Source: Candidatus Levyibacteriota bacterium (lineage in GTDB: Bacteria; Patescibacteriota; Microgenomatia; Levybacterales; UBA12049). From it: a stretch of 64,000 bases of DNA. The DNA lies in the NCBI GenBank assembly GCA_003152105.1, contig PLZJ01000002.1:469682-533681 (forward strand), given 5' to 3'. Under the pieces are notes generated by a model that made no database searches, had not been told where the DNA came from, and worked only from the letters and a program-made list of their open reading frames with translations. A program made the translations under genes and the position numbers. Below are positions 50,666 to 60,862 of this stretch, piece by piece (the first letter of the stretch is position 1; each line of letters opens with the position of its first letter).

Positions 50666-50856
50666 CTACTCTTATACGATTACTATTTGGCACAACTTTC
50701 TATATATGTGAAATACTCGGTGCCATTTTATTGCATTTGGGTTATGAAATCGGGTTATATATAGCCTCAATTTCTATGGTTGTGTTAATTGGCTATACAA
50801 TTACTGGAGCATGGTTTCTTGTTGTTGGTGTACAGGGAGAAAGAAAAGCGCGTTAG
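50665..50856 (+). pseudogene. C-terminal remnant of a membrane protein gene
   Basis: Start-less frame TLIRLLFGTTFYICEILG...GAWFLVVGVQGERKAR*. Confidence 0.55.
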
Positions 50857-50896
50857 TTAAACGCTTGCACGGAATGAAATGAGAGCCTATTCTAGA

Positions 50897-51406
50897 TTAG
50901 ATCCATCGTCTCACTTTATTTTTGTAATCTACCCATTGCTTGCCAAATTGATGCTCAAGTTGTGCTTCTTCTCTTTTAATCATTAAATTAATAAGTGGTA
51001 AATGCAAAAAAGTAATAAGTATGCCAAAAATTGTACCAAGCAGTAGAGAAGCTCCTAGAAAAATAAAAAAGTTTCCTCCAAGATAAAGAGGATTTCTTGA
51101 ATATCTAAATGGACCTTGTGTAATAAGATGTTTTTGGGGTTTTAAGACAATGACTTTCATTTGCGCGCGGTAAAAGTAGTATGTTGCCCACACTCTAATA
51201 CTATATCCAATAACTAAAAATAGGATACCAATTGCAAAGAACAAGAATGAGTTAAATGGGGTTATTTTAAAGAGTAAATCTATTAGTGAACCAATAAATG
51301 CAATGATGAAACCAAAAAGTATTGCTGGTATATTATTAATTGCACTTTTTATAAGTATCACATTAAAAGTATACCATCTACTTACCATTGTTTTGTGGTT
51401 AAACAA
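50897..51406 (-). CDS. isoprenylcysteine carboxyl methyltransferase (ICMT/PEMT) family protein
   Basis: LITQGPFRYSRNPLYLG, EEAQL...FG..W..YK..VRRWI. Confidence 0.88.
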   Translation of the reverse strand: MFNHKTMVSRWYTFNVILIKSAINNIPAILFGFIIAFIGSLIDLLFKITPFNSFLFFAIGILFLVIGYSIRVWATYYFYRAQMKVIVLKPQKHLITQGPFRYSRNPLYLGGNFFIFLGASLLLGTIFGILITFLHLPLINLMIKREEAQLEHQFGKQWVDYKNKVRRWI

Positions 51407-51618
51407 GATTCCTCATTTAGACATGAGAAACAAGTGTTTAGCTGTATTTTTTGATATTTCTTGCACTATTCTTACTTTTTATTAACTCATCCCTTATGTG
51501 GTTTTTTTACCATATATACATGGAACTACTGATGGTAACAGGAAGCATGGTTGGTTTTATACTTTATTTCTCACAACGAAAACTTGGCTAGAACAATCTA
51601 TGAAAGGAGGTGTTAAAA

Positions 51619-51825
51619 ATGGCAACAGTAATTAATAATCCAACTCCAATGGAAACAAGCGACAGTAGTGGAAACGGATTCTTAGTAGGAATCGTATTGC
51701 TTTTACTTTTGGTTGTTGTATTTTTTGTGTATGCACTGCCTATGCTTCGATCAAGTATGCAAACAACTGCTCCACAGGTAAATATACCTGATCATGTAAA
51801 TGTAAACGTTCAGCATACTAAATAA
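51619..51825 (+). CDS. small single-TM protein
   Basis: SD AAAGGAGGTG; MATVINNP...GNGFLVGIVLL. Confidence 0.75.
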   Translation: MATVINNPTPMETSDSSGNGFLVGIVLLLLLVVVFFVYALPMLRSSMQTTAPQVNIPDHVNVNVQHTK

Positions 51826-51920
51826 GAAGAAGCAGGTCAGTCAAAGTATCTTTTAAACGTTCATTTTTGTCAAGGAACATGTTTGTTTTCTTTCTGTGAT
51901 ATAATCCAAAAAATATCTCT

Positions 51921-53810
51921 ATGAAAGAGCAACATTTAGACATTGACGACGACATGTACTTACAATTAGCTGCATGGGGAGATGTTGCTGGTATTGACAC
52001 GACACCTATTCAAAAACCCAAGACAGTAAACGAAACACTTTTATCAAAAAGAGAAGGAAAATCTCCAACGACTGTTTTTGAAGACTTGCGATCAAGGCTT
52101 TCCTTTAAGCAATCACGCTTTGCAAATCGAATAAAAGAAGATGTTATTGGTATGAAGCGAAGATTGCCTGATCGCGTGGAAACTTATTGGGATAAGCTAA
52201 CTGCAGGTTGGGCAAAAGGGTTAGATGAATCCGCAACTGATGGATTGGTCAGAGTTGGTGATCATGAAGCGTCGATTTTTGCAATGCACTGGAAATTTAT
52301 TGGTGGTTCATTAAGTGTTGCTTCAGCTCAGTCATTTCTTGATGCAGGGGATACTGCAGTGAAGAAAGACATCCCTTTTATAAGTTTTTATAGTTCAGGG
52401 GGAGTGAGGCAGCATGAAAATGGGGCAGGCTTGAAACAAATGCCTCGTCTTGTTAATGCAATGCGCCATTTTAAAGAACATACACGTAAACCACAAATTG
52501 CCGTGCTTGGAGCACAAGTATGGGGTGGTGTTTCTGCAAGTTCTCTTCCACATGCAGATGTGACAATTGCACTTTTGGGTACTGATTTTGGTTTTTCAGG
52601 TCCTCGTGTTATTAAAAGTTATGAACAACAAGACGTGCCTTTTGGAACACAAAGCGCAGAGGTACAAGCAGTGATTTACCGAAATTTAGATGTTATTGTT
52701 GAAGACAAAGATGAATTATTTGATTATTTAAAACGATTTTTAGATGTAACAGATAGTAAGCACGCAAAATTAACAGAGGAAACATTACCTGATTTTCATA
52801 TTGTTGGAAATCCACAAGCACTTCGATCTTTTGATTTCTCAAACGAAGGGATAGCAAATGCAACGACAACTCATCAGGTAGATACTGATTTTCAAGCAGG
52901 TGAAGAAGTAGTTTTTCAAAAAGAAGTAGCACCAGAGGATAAATTAATGCAAGAATATGAAGCAATAATTCGAAGTGCCAAGCGACCTGATGCAGCATTT
53001 TTTATGGAACATGGATTTTCAGAAGTAGTTCCGCTTTATAACAGCTATTCAGTTGAAGACCGGATGAACTACCCGGCAATAATTGCGTCAATTGGAAAAA
53101 TTGGTCCACAGCCGTTTTTACTTATTGGTACACAGCCTTCTTATCAAAAATCAGGTGAAACAGTCAGAAAAATTCCTTCGAGTCCTGAACCGAAAGATTT
53201 TCGCTATATGCAACGAATGCTTAAAATGGGCAAAAGACTTAAGCTACCCCTTGTGTTATTTACCGATACGCTTGGTGCAAGACCCTCGATAAAATCAGAA
53301 GAAGATGGGCAATCAAGAGAAATTGCGTATGCAATGTATGATGTAATTGATTATCCAGAAATTGTTCAAACGTATGATATTAATGCGATTGGGAGCGGCG
53401 GCGGTGAGGTAACAAATAATGGAGATTTTGTTGGAATGCTATCAAAAGCGCATATGTATGTTGCAGAACCACGATCAGCAGCGTCCATTATTTATGCTGC
53501 AAATCCTTCTGTTGAACAAGTGAGAGATACAATAAATTCTCTGCGTGTTACTGCAGATGACCAGTTAGATCTTGGATTAATTGACGCAGTAATACCTGAG
53601 TCTGATAATACTTTAGAAACAGTTAAAAACGTACATGATGCAATTGCGCAAAATTTTATTCGCCTTCAGAAAAAATCACAAAAACGAAGACTTTCTGAGA
53701 GAGATAAGAAAATTAGAGGATACAAAGGTTTTGAACTCGTAAAAACAAGACGGTTGCCATTTATACACAAAAGTAAGCAGCCTGAAACTAGTAGTCATCA
53801 AACATCCTAG
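51921..53810 (+). CDS. accDA: fused acyl-CoA carboxylase carboxyltransferase beta+alpha (AccD-AccA), divergent
   Basis: FIGGS, SSGGVRQHE, GGVSAS, GFSGPRVI (beta); LFTDTLGA..SEEDGQ, GSGGG, LDLGLIDAVIPE (alpha); no Zn-finger. Confidence 0.8.
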   Translation: MKEQHLDIDDDMYLQLAAWGDVAGIDTTPIQKPKTVNETLLSKREGKSPTTVFEDLRSRLSFKQSRFANRIKEDVIGMKRRLPDRVETYWDKLTAGWAKGLDESATDGLVRVGDHEASIFAMHWKFIGGSLSVASAQSFLDAGDTAVKKDIPFISFYSSGGVRQHENGAGLKQMPRLVNAMRHFKEHTRKPQIAVLGAQVWGGVSASSLPHADVTIALLGTDFGFSGPRVIKSYEQQDVPFGTQSAEVQAVIYRNLDVIVEDKDELFDYLKRFLDVTDSKHAKLTEETLPDFHIVGNPQALRSFDFSNEGIANATTTHQVDTDFQAGEEVVFQKEVAPEDKLMQEYEAIIRSAKRPDAAFFMEHGFSEVVPLYNSYSVEDRMNYPAIIASIGKIGPQPFLLIGTQPSYQKSGETVRKIPSSPEPKDFRYMQRMLKMGKRLKLPLVLFTDTLGARPSIKSEEDGQSREIAYAMYDVIDYPEIVQTYDINAIGSGGGEVTNNGDFVGMLSKAHMYVAEPRSAASIIYAANPSVEQVRDTINSLRVTADDQLDLGLIDAVIPESDNTLETVKNVHDAIAQNFIRLQKKSQKRRLSERDKKIRGYKGFELVKTRRLPFIHKSKQPETSSHQTS

Positions 53811-54817
53811 TCATATCGTTCTTTAATTGCCAAAATAGCTTGTTTTGGTAAGACAAACGTTGTACTTTTTTCTGGAACTGATTGTGGCAATTCTACAACA
53901 GGAATATTTTGATTTCGAAACCAATCGAGTACTCGTTTTGTATACTTTTCAAGTACTGATGCGCCTGAAGTAATACCTATTGTGCGCATTCCTGGACGAA
54001 ACCACGTTGTATCAATTTCTTCTGGTGTATCAATAAGCACTGACGGCATAATCTCTTCTCCAATTTCTTTAAGTTCAGTTGAATTATGAGATGCAGGTGA
54101 GCCCACAACAAGTAAAAAATCAGACTTTAGGATCAGATCATCTACTGCTTGTTGCCTATTGTCTGTGGCATAGCAAATACTTGATCGATCAGGTATGTGA
54201 ATGTCTGGAAACCTTCTTTTTAATGTATCTTGTGCATCTTTTACCTCAGCAGTTGATAACGTAGTTTGTGAATAGACAACCGTTTCTTTTTCTTTTGGTA
54301 ACGCAATTTCATAAGCTGCGTTTTGTTCATCAATATCTAAAAATGTATAATTTTCCTCTTCTAGTTCTCCTAAAACTCCTATTGGTTCTGGATGATTCCT
54401 TGCTCCAATATACACGACGTGCTGATTTTCTGCTTGTGCTTTTACGACTTTTTTATGTACTTTTTCAACGAGCACGCAAGTTGTATCAACAACTAATGCA
54501 TTTTTTTGATCAAGAAGCGTTCGAACGTGTGGACTTATGCCATGTGCTGAGAGAAATACAATGGCACTTTGGGGGAGTTTATCAAAATCATTTTGTATAT
54601 TAATAAGTCCTCTTTCTTCTAAATCTTTCATCACCGGTGTGTTATGTACAATACTTCTATTTGTATAGACAGCCTCTCTTCCATCTACCAGATCCAATAC
54701 TTCAGATGCTGCAACAAATGCCATGTTTACGCCACCGCAAGGACCTCTATTTCCTGCAAGTAATACTTTAGATATGCTTTTTGGAAGCGCTACAAGAGCT
54801 GGTTGTTCAGGAGTCAT
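53807..54817 (-). CDS. ispH: 4-hydroxy-3-methylbut-2-enyl diphosphate reductase
   Basis: GPCGGV, IVHN, SAHG, DTTC.LV.KVH, HPE, QTT, ICYATDNRQ, SHNS, GITSGAS. Confidence 0.93.
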   Translation of the reverse strand: MTPEQPALVALPKSISKVLLAGNRGPCGGVNMAFVAASEVLDLVDGREAVYTNRSIVHNTPVMKDLEERGLINIQNDFDKLPQSAIVFLSAHGISPHVRTLLDQKNALVVDTTCVLVEKVHKKVVKAQAENQHVVYIGARNHPEPIGVLGELEEENYTFLDIDEQNAAYEIALPKEKETVVYSQTTLSTAEVKDAQDTLKRRFPDIHIPDRSSICYATDNRQQAVDDLILKSDFLLVVGSPASHNSTELKEIGEEIMPSVLIDTPEEIDTTWFRPGMRTIGITSGASVLEKYTKRVLDWFRNQNIPVVELPQSVPEKSTTFVLPKQAILAIKERYD

Positions 54818-54893
54818 AAAACGTCTCTATTATATTGCTTTTCCAACCATTTGTCTTCTAAAGTGAAAACGAGGATAGTGATATAATCGAAAA

Positions 54894-55424
54894 ATGAAAC
54901 TTATCTTATTATACGGTCCACCTGCTGTTGGAAAATTAACCATAGCAACGCTTCTTAAGGAAAAGACACATTACAAACTTCTTCACAATCATTTATTGCA
55001 AAATCCAGTATCTGAAGTGTTTTCATTTGATAATCCGGCAAATACTTTGCTTGTTCGAGAATTTAGACTTCGAATCTTGTCCCATGCAACAGACAGTAAT
55101 ATAGATCTTATTGCAACGTTTGGGATATTTAGCAATAATCCGTTTTCTCATATTGAGCAGATAATTAAAACCGTTGAGGAAAAAGGTGGAACAGTTTGTC
55201 TAGTACAGTTAAAAGCAGATAAACAGATACTCTTAGAACGAGTTGAAATGCAGTCTAGAAAAGATCATGGCAAAACATTGAGCAAAGAAGACTTTCAATC
55301 GTTTCTAGAAAAAAACAATCATTTAAACGAAGCATATGAAAAAGCAAATCATTTGACAATTGATACAGGTATATTGACTCCAGAGGAATCTTTAGAAAAA
55401 ATACGCTCATACTATCATCTGTAA
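54894..55424 (+). CDS. P-loop kinase (AAA_33-like)
   Basis: LYGPPAVGKLT, LLHNH. Confidence 0.85.
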   Translation: MKLILLYGPPAVGKLTIATLLKEKTHYKLLHNHLLQNPVSEVFSFDNPANTLLVREFRLRILSHATDSNIDLIATFGIFSNNPFSHIEQIIKTVEEKGGTVCLVQLKADKQILLERVEMQSRKDHGKTLSKEDFQSFLEKNNHLNEAYEKANHLTIDTGILTPEESLEKIRSYYHL

Positions 55425-55428
55425 GACT

Positions 55429-56025
55429 ATGATTACGACCATTATCTTTGATTTATCAGAAGTATATATAAAAGGAATGATGGGAATTGAAAAAAAAATA
55501 GAAGGTAAGACGGGAATACATGTCGAAAGTGATTCATTTCATCAAACAGCGGAAGCAAAAGAGTTTTTTCACGGAAAAATAACTGAAGATGCGTTTTGGC
55601 AAAAACTTATTGCAAATTACAATCTACCAATTGACAAAGAATCTCTTAAGAATTTAGTTCGAGAACAAATGATCGAAGTTGAGGGTACAAGAGAGATTAT
55701 AGAAACGCTCAAGTCAAATGGCTATAAACTAGGGCTTTTATCAATTCATGCCAAGGAGTGGATTAATCATGTAGAAGGGCAATTTGATTTTCATAAGTTA
55801 TTCCATTCTGTTATGTATTCATTTGAAGTAGGCCTAAGTAAACCAGATGAAAAAGCATTTTCCCTTATACTAACAAAACTAGGTGTTTCACCTGATGAGT
55901 GTTTGTTTATCGATGATTTTATTGGAAACATTGAAGCAGCAGCAAAACTTGGGATGAAGACTATACAATTTATAAACGCAACGCAGCTTCGGCAAGATTT
56001 GAAAAAACTACAAATCAACGTATAA
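55429..56025 (+). CDS. HAD phosphatase
   Basis: IIFDL, SKPD, FIDD..GNIEAA. Confidence 0.88.
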   Translation: MITTIIFDLSEVYIKGMMGIEKKIEGKTGIHVESDSFHQTAEAKEFFHGKITEDAFWQKLIANYNLPIDKESLKNLVREQMIEVEGTREIIETLKSNGYKLGLLSIHAKEWINHVEGQFDFHKLFHSVMYSFEVGLSKPDEKAFSLILTKLGVSPDECLFIDDFIGNIEAAAKLGMKTIQFINATQLRQDLKKLQINV

Positions 56026-56036
56026 TCCTTACATCT

Positions 56037-57050
56037 TTATTTATTCAACCACCGAGAAAGCGAAAAAGAATCATATCCATACAGAAATATGCCAATTGCA
56101 ATACCAAAGAGTATAAAGTGTGGCCAAACTGCTTCGCCAAAGTAAAACAGCGATGCAGTAACAAAAAGCAGAAAGAAAATAGTATTCCACCGCATCAATA
56201 GTCCCAGCACATACAAGAGTCCTATGAGTGACTCAATAATTCCAGCACAAAGAACGGTTAAAAGCGGAGGAAATGGGAAGACGCTGGTTAAATGATATTT
56301 GGAAATTACTTGTAACGATAGTTCTGGATGAAGAAATTTAACATAGACAGCTGTATATATAAGAGACAAACCAAAGGTTATGCGAAGAATCGTAAATGCA
56401 TATTTTCTCCCAAATTCGTCAAGAGATTTTGCCATTTTGTGTTGTTCTTTAAATACCATTTGGTCAACGCTATATGTTTCACCACCTAAAAGAAAAAGAA
56501 CAAAAAATTCTCCAAAATAATTTATGTAGGTTACCATATATGCATGAAAGGTAAGTGCAGAAATTGCATACATAATAATCATCAGTGCTGCAAAAAATCG
56601 TGTATGAAGACCAAGTAAAAATGCTATACCGCATGTATACAATATAAAAATTAATACGGTTTCGCTACCTATTTGTGTTAATGGAAGTTCAGGTCCAAAA
56701 AAACTTTTATACGCTGCTGAGCAAATGAGTGAAATGCCAAGTACAAGACGTATGAGAAGAGTTGAATATGGTCGAAATTGCTCAATGGTACTTCCTAGTT
56801 TTTTGGAAAACGCCGCATTGCAGATAAGATATGAGGCAAAAAGCGCGACAATGATTCCTGAGAGAAAAAGAAGAAATAGCAAAAGATTTGAAGATGATGT
56901 AAGAATTGAAAACACGTTTATGTGTACTTTTAAATCATTTGTAATATCCGTTGAGCTAAGTACATACACCTCATGTGCGAAAACTTGTTTCGAATAAAAA
57001 AGATAAAAGATTGAAAGCAGAAGTGGTGCAATATATTTTTTACTCATCAA
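56037..57050 (-). CDS. DoxX-like duplicated membrane protein
   Basis: FAHEVYVL, two LRI.G DoxX-like repeats, YSVD. Confidence 0.75.
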   Translation of the reverse strand: MMSKKYIAPLLLSIFYLFYSKQVFAHEVYVLSSTDITNDLKVHINVFSILTSSSNLLLFLLFLSGIIVALFASYLICNAAFSKKLGSTIEQFRPYSTLLIRLVLGISLICSAAYKSFFGPELPLTQIGSETVLIFILYTCGIAFLLGLHTRFFAALMIIMYAISALTFHAYMVTYINYFGEFFVLFLLGGETYSVDQMVFKEQHKMAKSLDEFGRKYAFTILRITFGLSLIYTAVYVKFLHPELSLQVISKYHLTSVFPFPPLLTVLCAGIIESLIGLLYVLGLLMRWNTIFFLLFVTASLFYFGEAVWPHFILFGIAIGIFLYGYDSFSLSRWLNK

Positions 57051-57107
57051 TATTTATAATACATGAGTTGTGAGAAATTAAAAGTGGGTGTTTGTTATAA
57101 TAGCAAC

Positions 57108-57566
57108 ATGCTTTCAAATATTGAACAAGTTATTCGTGAATATTTACCAGGCGTTGTTCATATGTCTTTGGCAACAAGTAACAATAATGTGCCTTGGATA
57201 AGCGAACTTCATTTTATGTACGATGCTGATTTGCATATATATTTTCGTTCTCTTCCCTCAAGAAGACACAGCCTTGATATAAAAGAAAATCCAAATGTTT
57301 CTGGAAATGTCATAAAACAACATACCATAGGTGAAAAAGTAAGAGGGGTTTATTTTGAAGGCAAAGCTGAACTTATTGAGAATGTTACTATGCAATCGGA
57401 AAGTTACAAAGCGTTTACCAAGCGTTTTGGACCAAATAAAGATGTTCTAGAGGAAGCAAATACGGAAAACGGACACAAGTTCTATAAAATAACTGTTGAA
57501 AACTATTATGTATTTGATAGTATTTCTTCAAACCCTTCTAAGAAATATAAACTTTCTTGGCATTAG
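57108..57566 (+). CDS. pyridoxamine 5'-phosphate oxidase-like FMN-binding protein
   Basis: MSLATS...PW...YFRS...RRHS..I..NP.V. Confidence 0.85.
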   Translation: MLSNIEQVIREYLPGVVHMSLATSNNNVPWISELHFMYDADLHIYFRSLPSRRHSLDIKENPNVSGNVIKQHTIGEKVRGVYFEGKAELIENVTMQSESYKAFTKRFGPNKDVLEEANTENGHKFYKITVENYYVFDSISSNPSKKYKLSWH

Positions 57567-58196
57567 TCACTTTATAAAATAGTAAATTGCCAAAAAGTGA
57601 CACATACTTCCAAAAAGAACAAACATATGCCAAACGGCATGATAAAACGATTTCCCACTTTTACTATAAAAATAGACACCAGAGGTATAAAACAAACCAC
57701 CTAAGAGTAGTAAGAGTAAAAGAAGTGGAGAGAGTAGGGAAGTAATTGTATATAAAACAAATACAATGCTCCAGCCAAGAAGAATATAGATTGCCAAAGA
57801 AAGTTTCTTATATTTATTGCCAAATACCGCTTTAAGTGTTATCCCAGTTATGGCGAATATCCACATCATGATAAGAAATATGATGGAAACTATATTTTGT
57901 GAGGATAATAAAAAAGGAGTATATGTTCCAACAATTAAAAGATAAATTGCACTATGATCAAGTATGCTAAATACTTTTTTTGCTTTTGTAAATGAAAGTG
58001 AGTGAAATAGCGTTGAGGTACAATAAGTAAGCAGTAGTGAGAAAAAATATACCCACACTGCAATAAGTGGTAAAACTTGGGTTACTTTTTTATGAAAGAG
58101 CAAAAAGATAACAATACCAATTAAAACAATAATAAAACCTACTCCATGCGTGATACTATTTGCTATCTCGCTAAGTATTGCTTTTTTCCTATTCAC
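57567..58196 (-). CDS. hemolysin III / PAQR membrane protein
   Basis: ANSITHG, STLFH, DHSAIYLLIVGTYTP, HAVWHMFV. Confidence 0.93.
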   Translation of the reverse strand: MNRKKAILSEIANSITHGVGFIIVLIGIVIFLLFHKKVTQVLPLIAVWVYFFSLLLTYCTSTLFHSLSFTKAKKVFSILDHSAIYLLIVGTYTPFLLSSQNIVSIIFLIMMWIFAITGITLKAVFGNKYKKLSLAIYILLGWSIVFVLYTITSLLSPLLLLLLLLGGLFYTSGVYFYSKSGKSFYHAVWHMFVLFGSMCHFLAIYYFIK

Positions 58197-58224
58197 AACT
58201 CAAGTATACCAGAGAAAAACCCAC

Positions 58225-58252
58225 TCTTATATAAGTATTGACTTATATAAGA
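58225..58252. promoter_or_regulatory. probable ArsR operator
   Basis: 12-4-12 inverted repeat TCTTATATAAGT-attg-ACTTATATAAGA overlapping TTGACT. Confidence 0.75.
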
Positions 58253-58273
58253 AAATGATTTAGTATCTTCTTA

Positions 58274-58576
58274 ATGGACATTTTTTCAGCACTTGCAGAC
58301 CCAACAAGGCGTTCTATATTAACATTACTTGCCAAACAAGGAGGCCTAAGTGTAAATGAAATTTTCCATAAGTTTCCCATCAGTCAACCTGCCATTTCAC
58401 AACATCTTAAAGTACTTCGAAATGCAAAGCTAGTTGATGTAAGTAAAAACGAGCAAAAACATATTTATGCGATAAATACTTCTTCAATTGATTCATTACA
58501 AAACTGGGCTCAAGAAATGAAGCAATTATGGACGAGTCGATTAGATCGACTAGACGATGTGTTAAAAAAACTCTAA
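58274..58576 (+). CDS. ArsR/SmtB transcriptional regulator
   Basis: FSALADPTRR, SQPAISQHLKVL. Confidence 0.92.
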   Translation: MDIFSALADPTRRSILTLLAKQGGLSVNEIFHKFPISQPAISQHLKVLRNAKLVDVSKNEQKHIYAINTSSIDSLQNWAQEMKQLWTSRLDRLDDVLKKL

Positions 58577-58590
58577 AGAAAGGAGGTATT

Positions 58591-59070
58591 ATGTCAAATG
58601 CAATTAAAGAATTAACAATCACAAAAGAAATCGATGCACCTATTGAAAAAGTATGGAAAGCATGGACTGATCCAAAAATCATACAACAATGGTGGGGACC
58701 AGATGGTGTCACAAACCCTATTTGTGAATTTGATGCTACTCCAGGTGGAAAATTACATATTGAAATGCTAGCCGGAGAAGAACTAGGAGAATTAAAAGGA
58801 AGTAGATGGCCAATGAAAGGAGTTGTAACTGAAATTGAAAAGCCAACTAAACTCATTTTTACATCAACTGCTTTTGAAGACGAAGATGGTAAGACAAATC
58901 TCGAAAATCTCGTAACGGTAACGTTTTCTCAAAATGGAGATAAAACAAAAATGATAATCCATATTGAAGTAACAAAAGCAACTGAAAAAACGAAAATGGC
59001 GCTCAAAGGTATGGATATGGGTTGGAATCAGCAGATAAACAAACTAGAAAAAATGCTTGCACAAAAATAA
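58591..59070 (+). CDS. SRPBCC/AHSA1 domain protein
   Basis: APIEKVWKAWTDP..QWWGP, GWNQ; SD AGGAGG. Confidence 0.9.
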   Translation: MSNAIKELTITKEIDAPIEKVWKAWTDPKIIQQWWGPDGVTNPICEFDATPGGKLHIEMLAGEELGELKGSRWPMKGVVTEIEKPTKLIFTSTAFEDEDGKTNLENLVTVTFSQNGDKTKMIIHIEVTKATEKTKMALKGMDMGWNQQINKLEKMLAQK

Positions 59071-59350
59071 CGTGCGTATTTTTTCATTTGAGAGGGGAAA
59101 ACTATTTTTTTGGGGTATGCACAATTTTTGCAAATGGTAGTTCAAAGTTTTTTGGTAAAACGCCACTTGCCATAAACGATTGTACAGGGGTATCTTTTCC
59201 GTGACTTGGATGTTTTTCTGAAACAGTTACACTACTTATTGCAAGAGCAGCAATGGCAACTTTTGAGATAAATCGTCTTCCCTTTTCCATGTAGCAAAGC
59301 ATACAGATGAGTAAGCTATATTTCAAGTGGCAAAATGACGAAGCGCAAAC

Positions 59351-60028
59351 TTAGTTTGTACGCTCAAAGGTGAAGTTTATGCTATAAACACTTGACTCAT
59401 CTCCATATTGATTTTTATATTGTAGCTGGAGTGTATTTGCTCCATTTGGCGGTGAATAACAAAGTGTTGAAAACGCTTGATAATCATTCCATCCTGCGTT
59501 ATTAATATTTTGTTTTCTCATAAGTCCACTCGTATCTCCACCTCCTGGTGCGTCAACAACACAAAATGTTTGTGAAGAATTCATGCTAATTGATTGACCG
59601 TTTGTTGGATAGGTAATATTCATTTGAGGAGGATTAGAAGTATGTGGAGATGAAGTAGGAGTTGGGGTAACTGTTGGCGTAGGAGAGAGTGAAGGTGTTG
59701 GAGTTAGGGTAACTGTTGGAACTTGTGTTGGACTTGATTGTTGTATTTGATTACTTGTTTGCGAATCGGGTACTGGTGTATCTGTTGGTGCCTCTGTAAT
59801 GCTTGGTGCTTCGGTAGTTTGGGAACTTGTCTTACCTCCTCCTTTACTACCAAAAATATATGTTGCTCCAGAAAATACAAGCACGATTGCAAGCAAAACA
59901 AGAGATACAATACTTTTGTTATGTTTTAACCACACAACATATTTATTTTGAAAACTGAGTTGTTTTAAAAGTGGTGTATTATCTAGTTCGACTTTCTCGT
60001 TTTGATCTTCTTGAGGGGAATCTTTCAT
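59351..60028 (-). CDS. single-pass Pro/Thr-rich surface protein
   Basis: TM, PTPT linker, beta-rich C-terminal domain. Confidence 0.7.
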   Translation of the reverse strand: MKDSPQEDQNEKVELDNTPLLKQLSFQNKYVVWLKHNKSIVSLVLLAIVLVFSGATYIFGSKGGGKTSSQTTEAPSITEAPTDTPVPDSQTSNQIQQSSPTQVPTVTLTPTPSLSPTPTVTPTPTSSPHTSNPPQMNITYPTNGQSISMNSSQTFCVVDAPGGGDTSGLMRKQNINNAGWNDYQAFSTLCYSPPNGANTLQLQYKNQYGDESSVYSINFTFERTN

Positions 60029-60076
60029 TCCTATACTATTCCATATAGTGCCTAGTATGTCAATATATTGGTAGCT

Positions 60077-60838
60077 TTATGCTTCAACATCCTTTTTAGT
60101 AATAGTCATAAAGACTACTAAAAGAAAAATAACTATTGTTAACACAATGCTCACTTTTCCCGTTCCATAATTTAATCCGTTTAGGCTTTGTGGTTTGCCC
60201 ATCCAGTCGGAAAAAGATGCACCAAGCGGTCTGGTAATAATATAGGCAAACCAAAAACAAAAAATAGAGAAATTCTTCCATACTATATAGATAAAAAGGG
60301 GAATCAATATCACAACAAAAAATACAATACCAGAAGTTAAATAACCAAGTCCAAATGTCACGGCAGTCATATCTCCAACAGCAGTACCAAGTGCAAATGT
60401 TGCAAGCACAGTGATCCAGTAAAATATTTCCCTGCGGTACGTGGTAATGCTGTGGATAGATAATGTTTTTTCAAAGGAAAACCATACAACAAAGGTTATG
60501 ATAAGAACGAGTGAGAAAAAGATGGAAGAAATATAATAGGGAATCCCAAATCCAATATGAAGTACATCAGCTGCCATAGTACCAAATACTGCAACCATCG
60601 AAGCTGCAAACCAATATACAAAAGGGATATATTTTTTGACTATAAACTGAAGGAATAGCGCAATAAGAAGACCCAATGCTCCAATTCCTACCGCAATAAC
60701 GGGATTTAACTGATGTACCATAAAATCTGACGTTGTTTCACCCATGGCAGTTGTTAATAATTTAATAATCCAAAAATAGATAGTTATTTGCGGTACTTTT
60801 CTCAAATGAGTTGATGTGAGTATTTTGGACAATTGCAT
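60077..60838 (-). CDS. DUF347/COG4705 membrane protein
   Basis: KVPQIT..FW..K...TAMGET..D, TFALGTAVGD, TRPLGAS. Confidence 0.88.
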   Translation of the reverse strand: MQLSKILTSTHLRKVPQITIYFWIIKLLTTAMGETTSDFMVHQLNPVIAVGIGALGLLIALFLQFIVKKYIPFVYWFAASMVAVFGTMAADVLHIGFGIPYYISSIFFSLVLIITFVVWFSFEKTLSIHSITTYRREIFYWITVLATFALGTAVGDMTAVTFGLGYLTSGIVFFVVILIPLFIYIVWKNFSIFCFWFAYIITRPLGASFSDWMGKPQSLNGLNYGTGKVSIVLTIVIFLLVVFMTITKKDVEA

Positions 60839-60862
60839 AAATTCTAGTGTAACGAATAAATG

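Noticed and set aside
59102..59326. 74-aa minus-strand ORF
   Set aside because: No recognisable motif; may be a short real gene but cannot be supported
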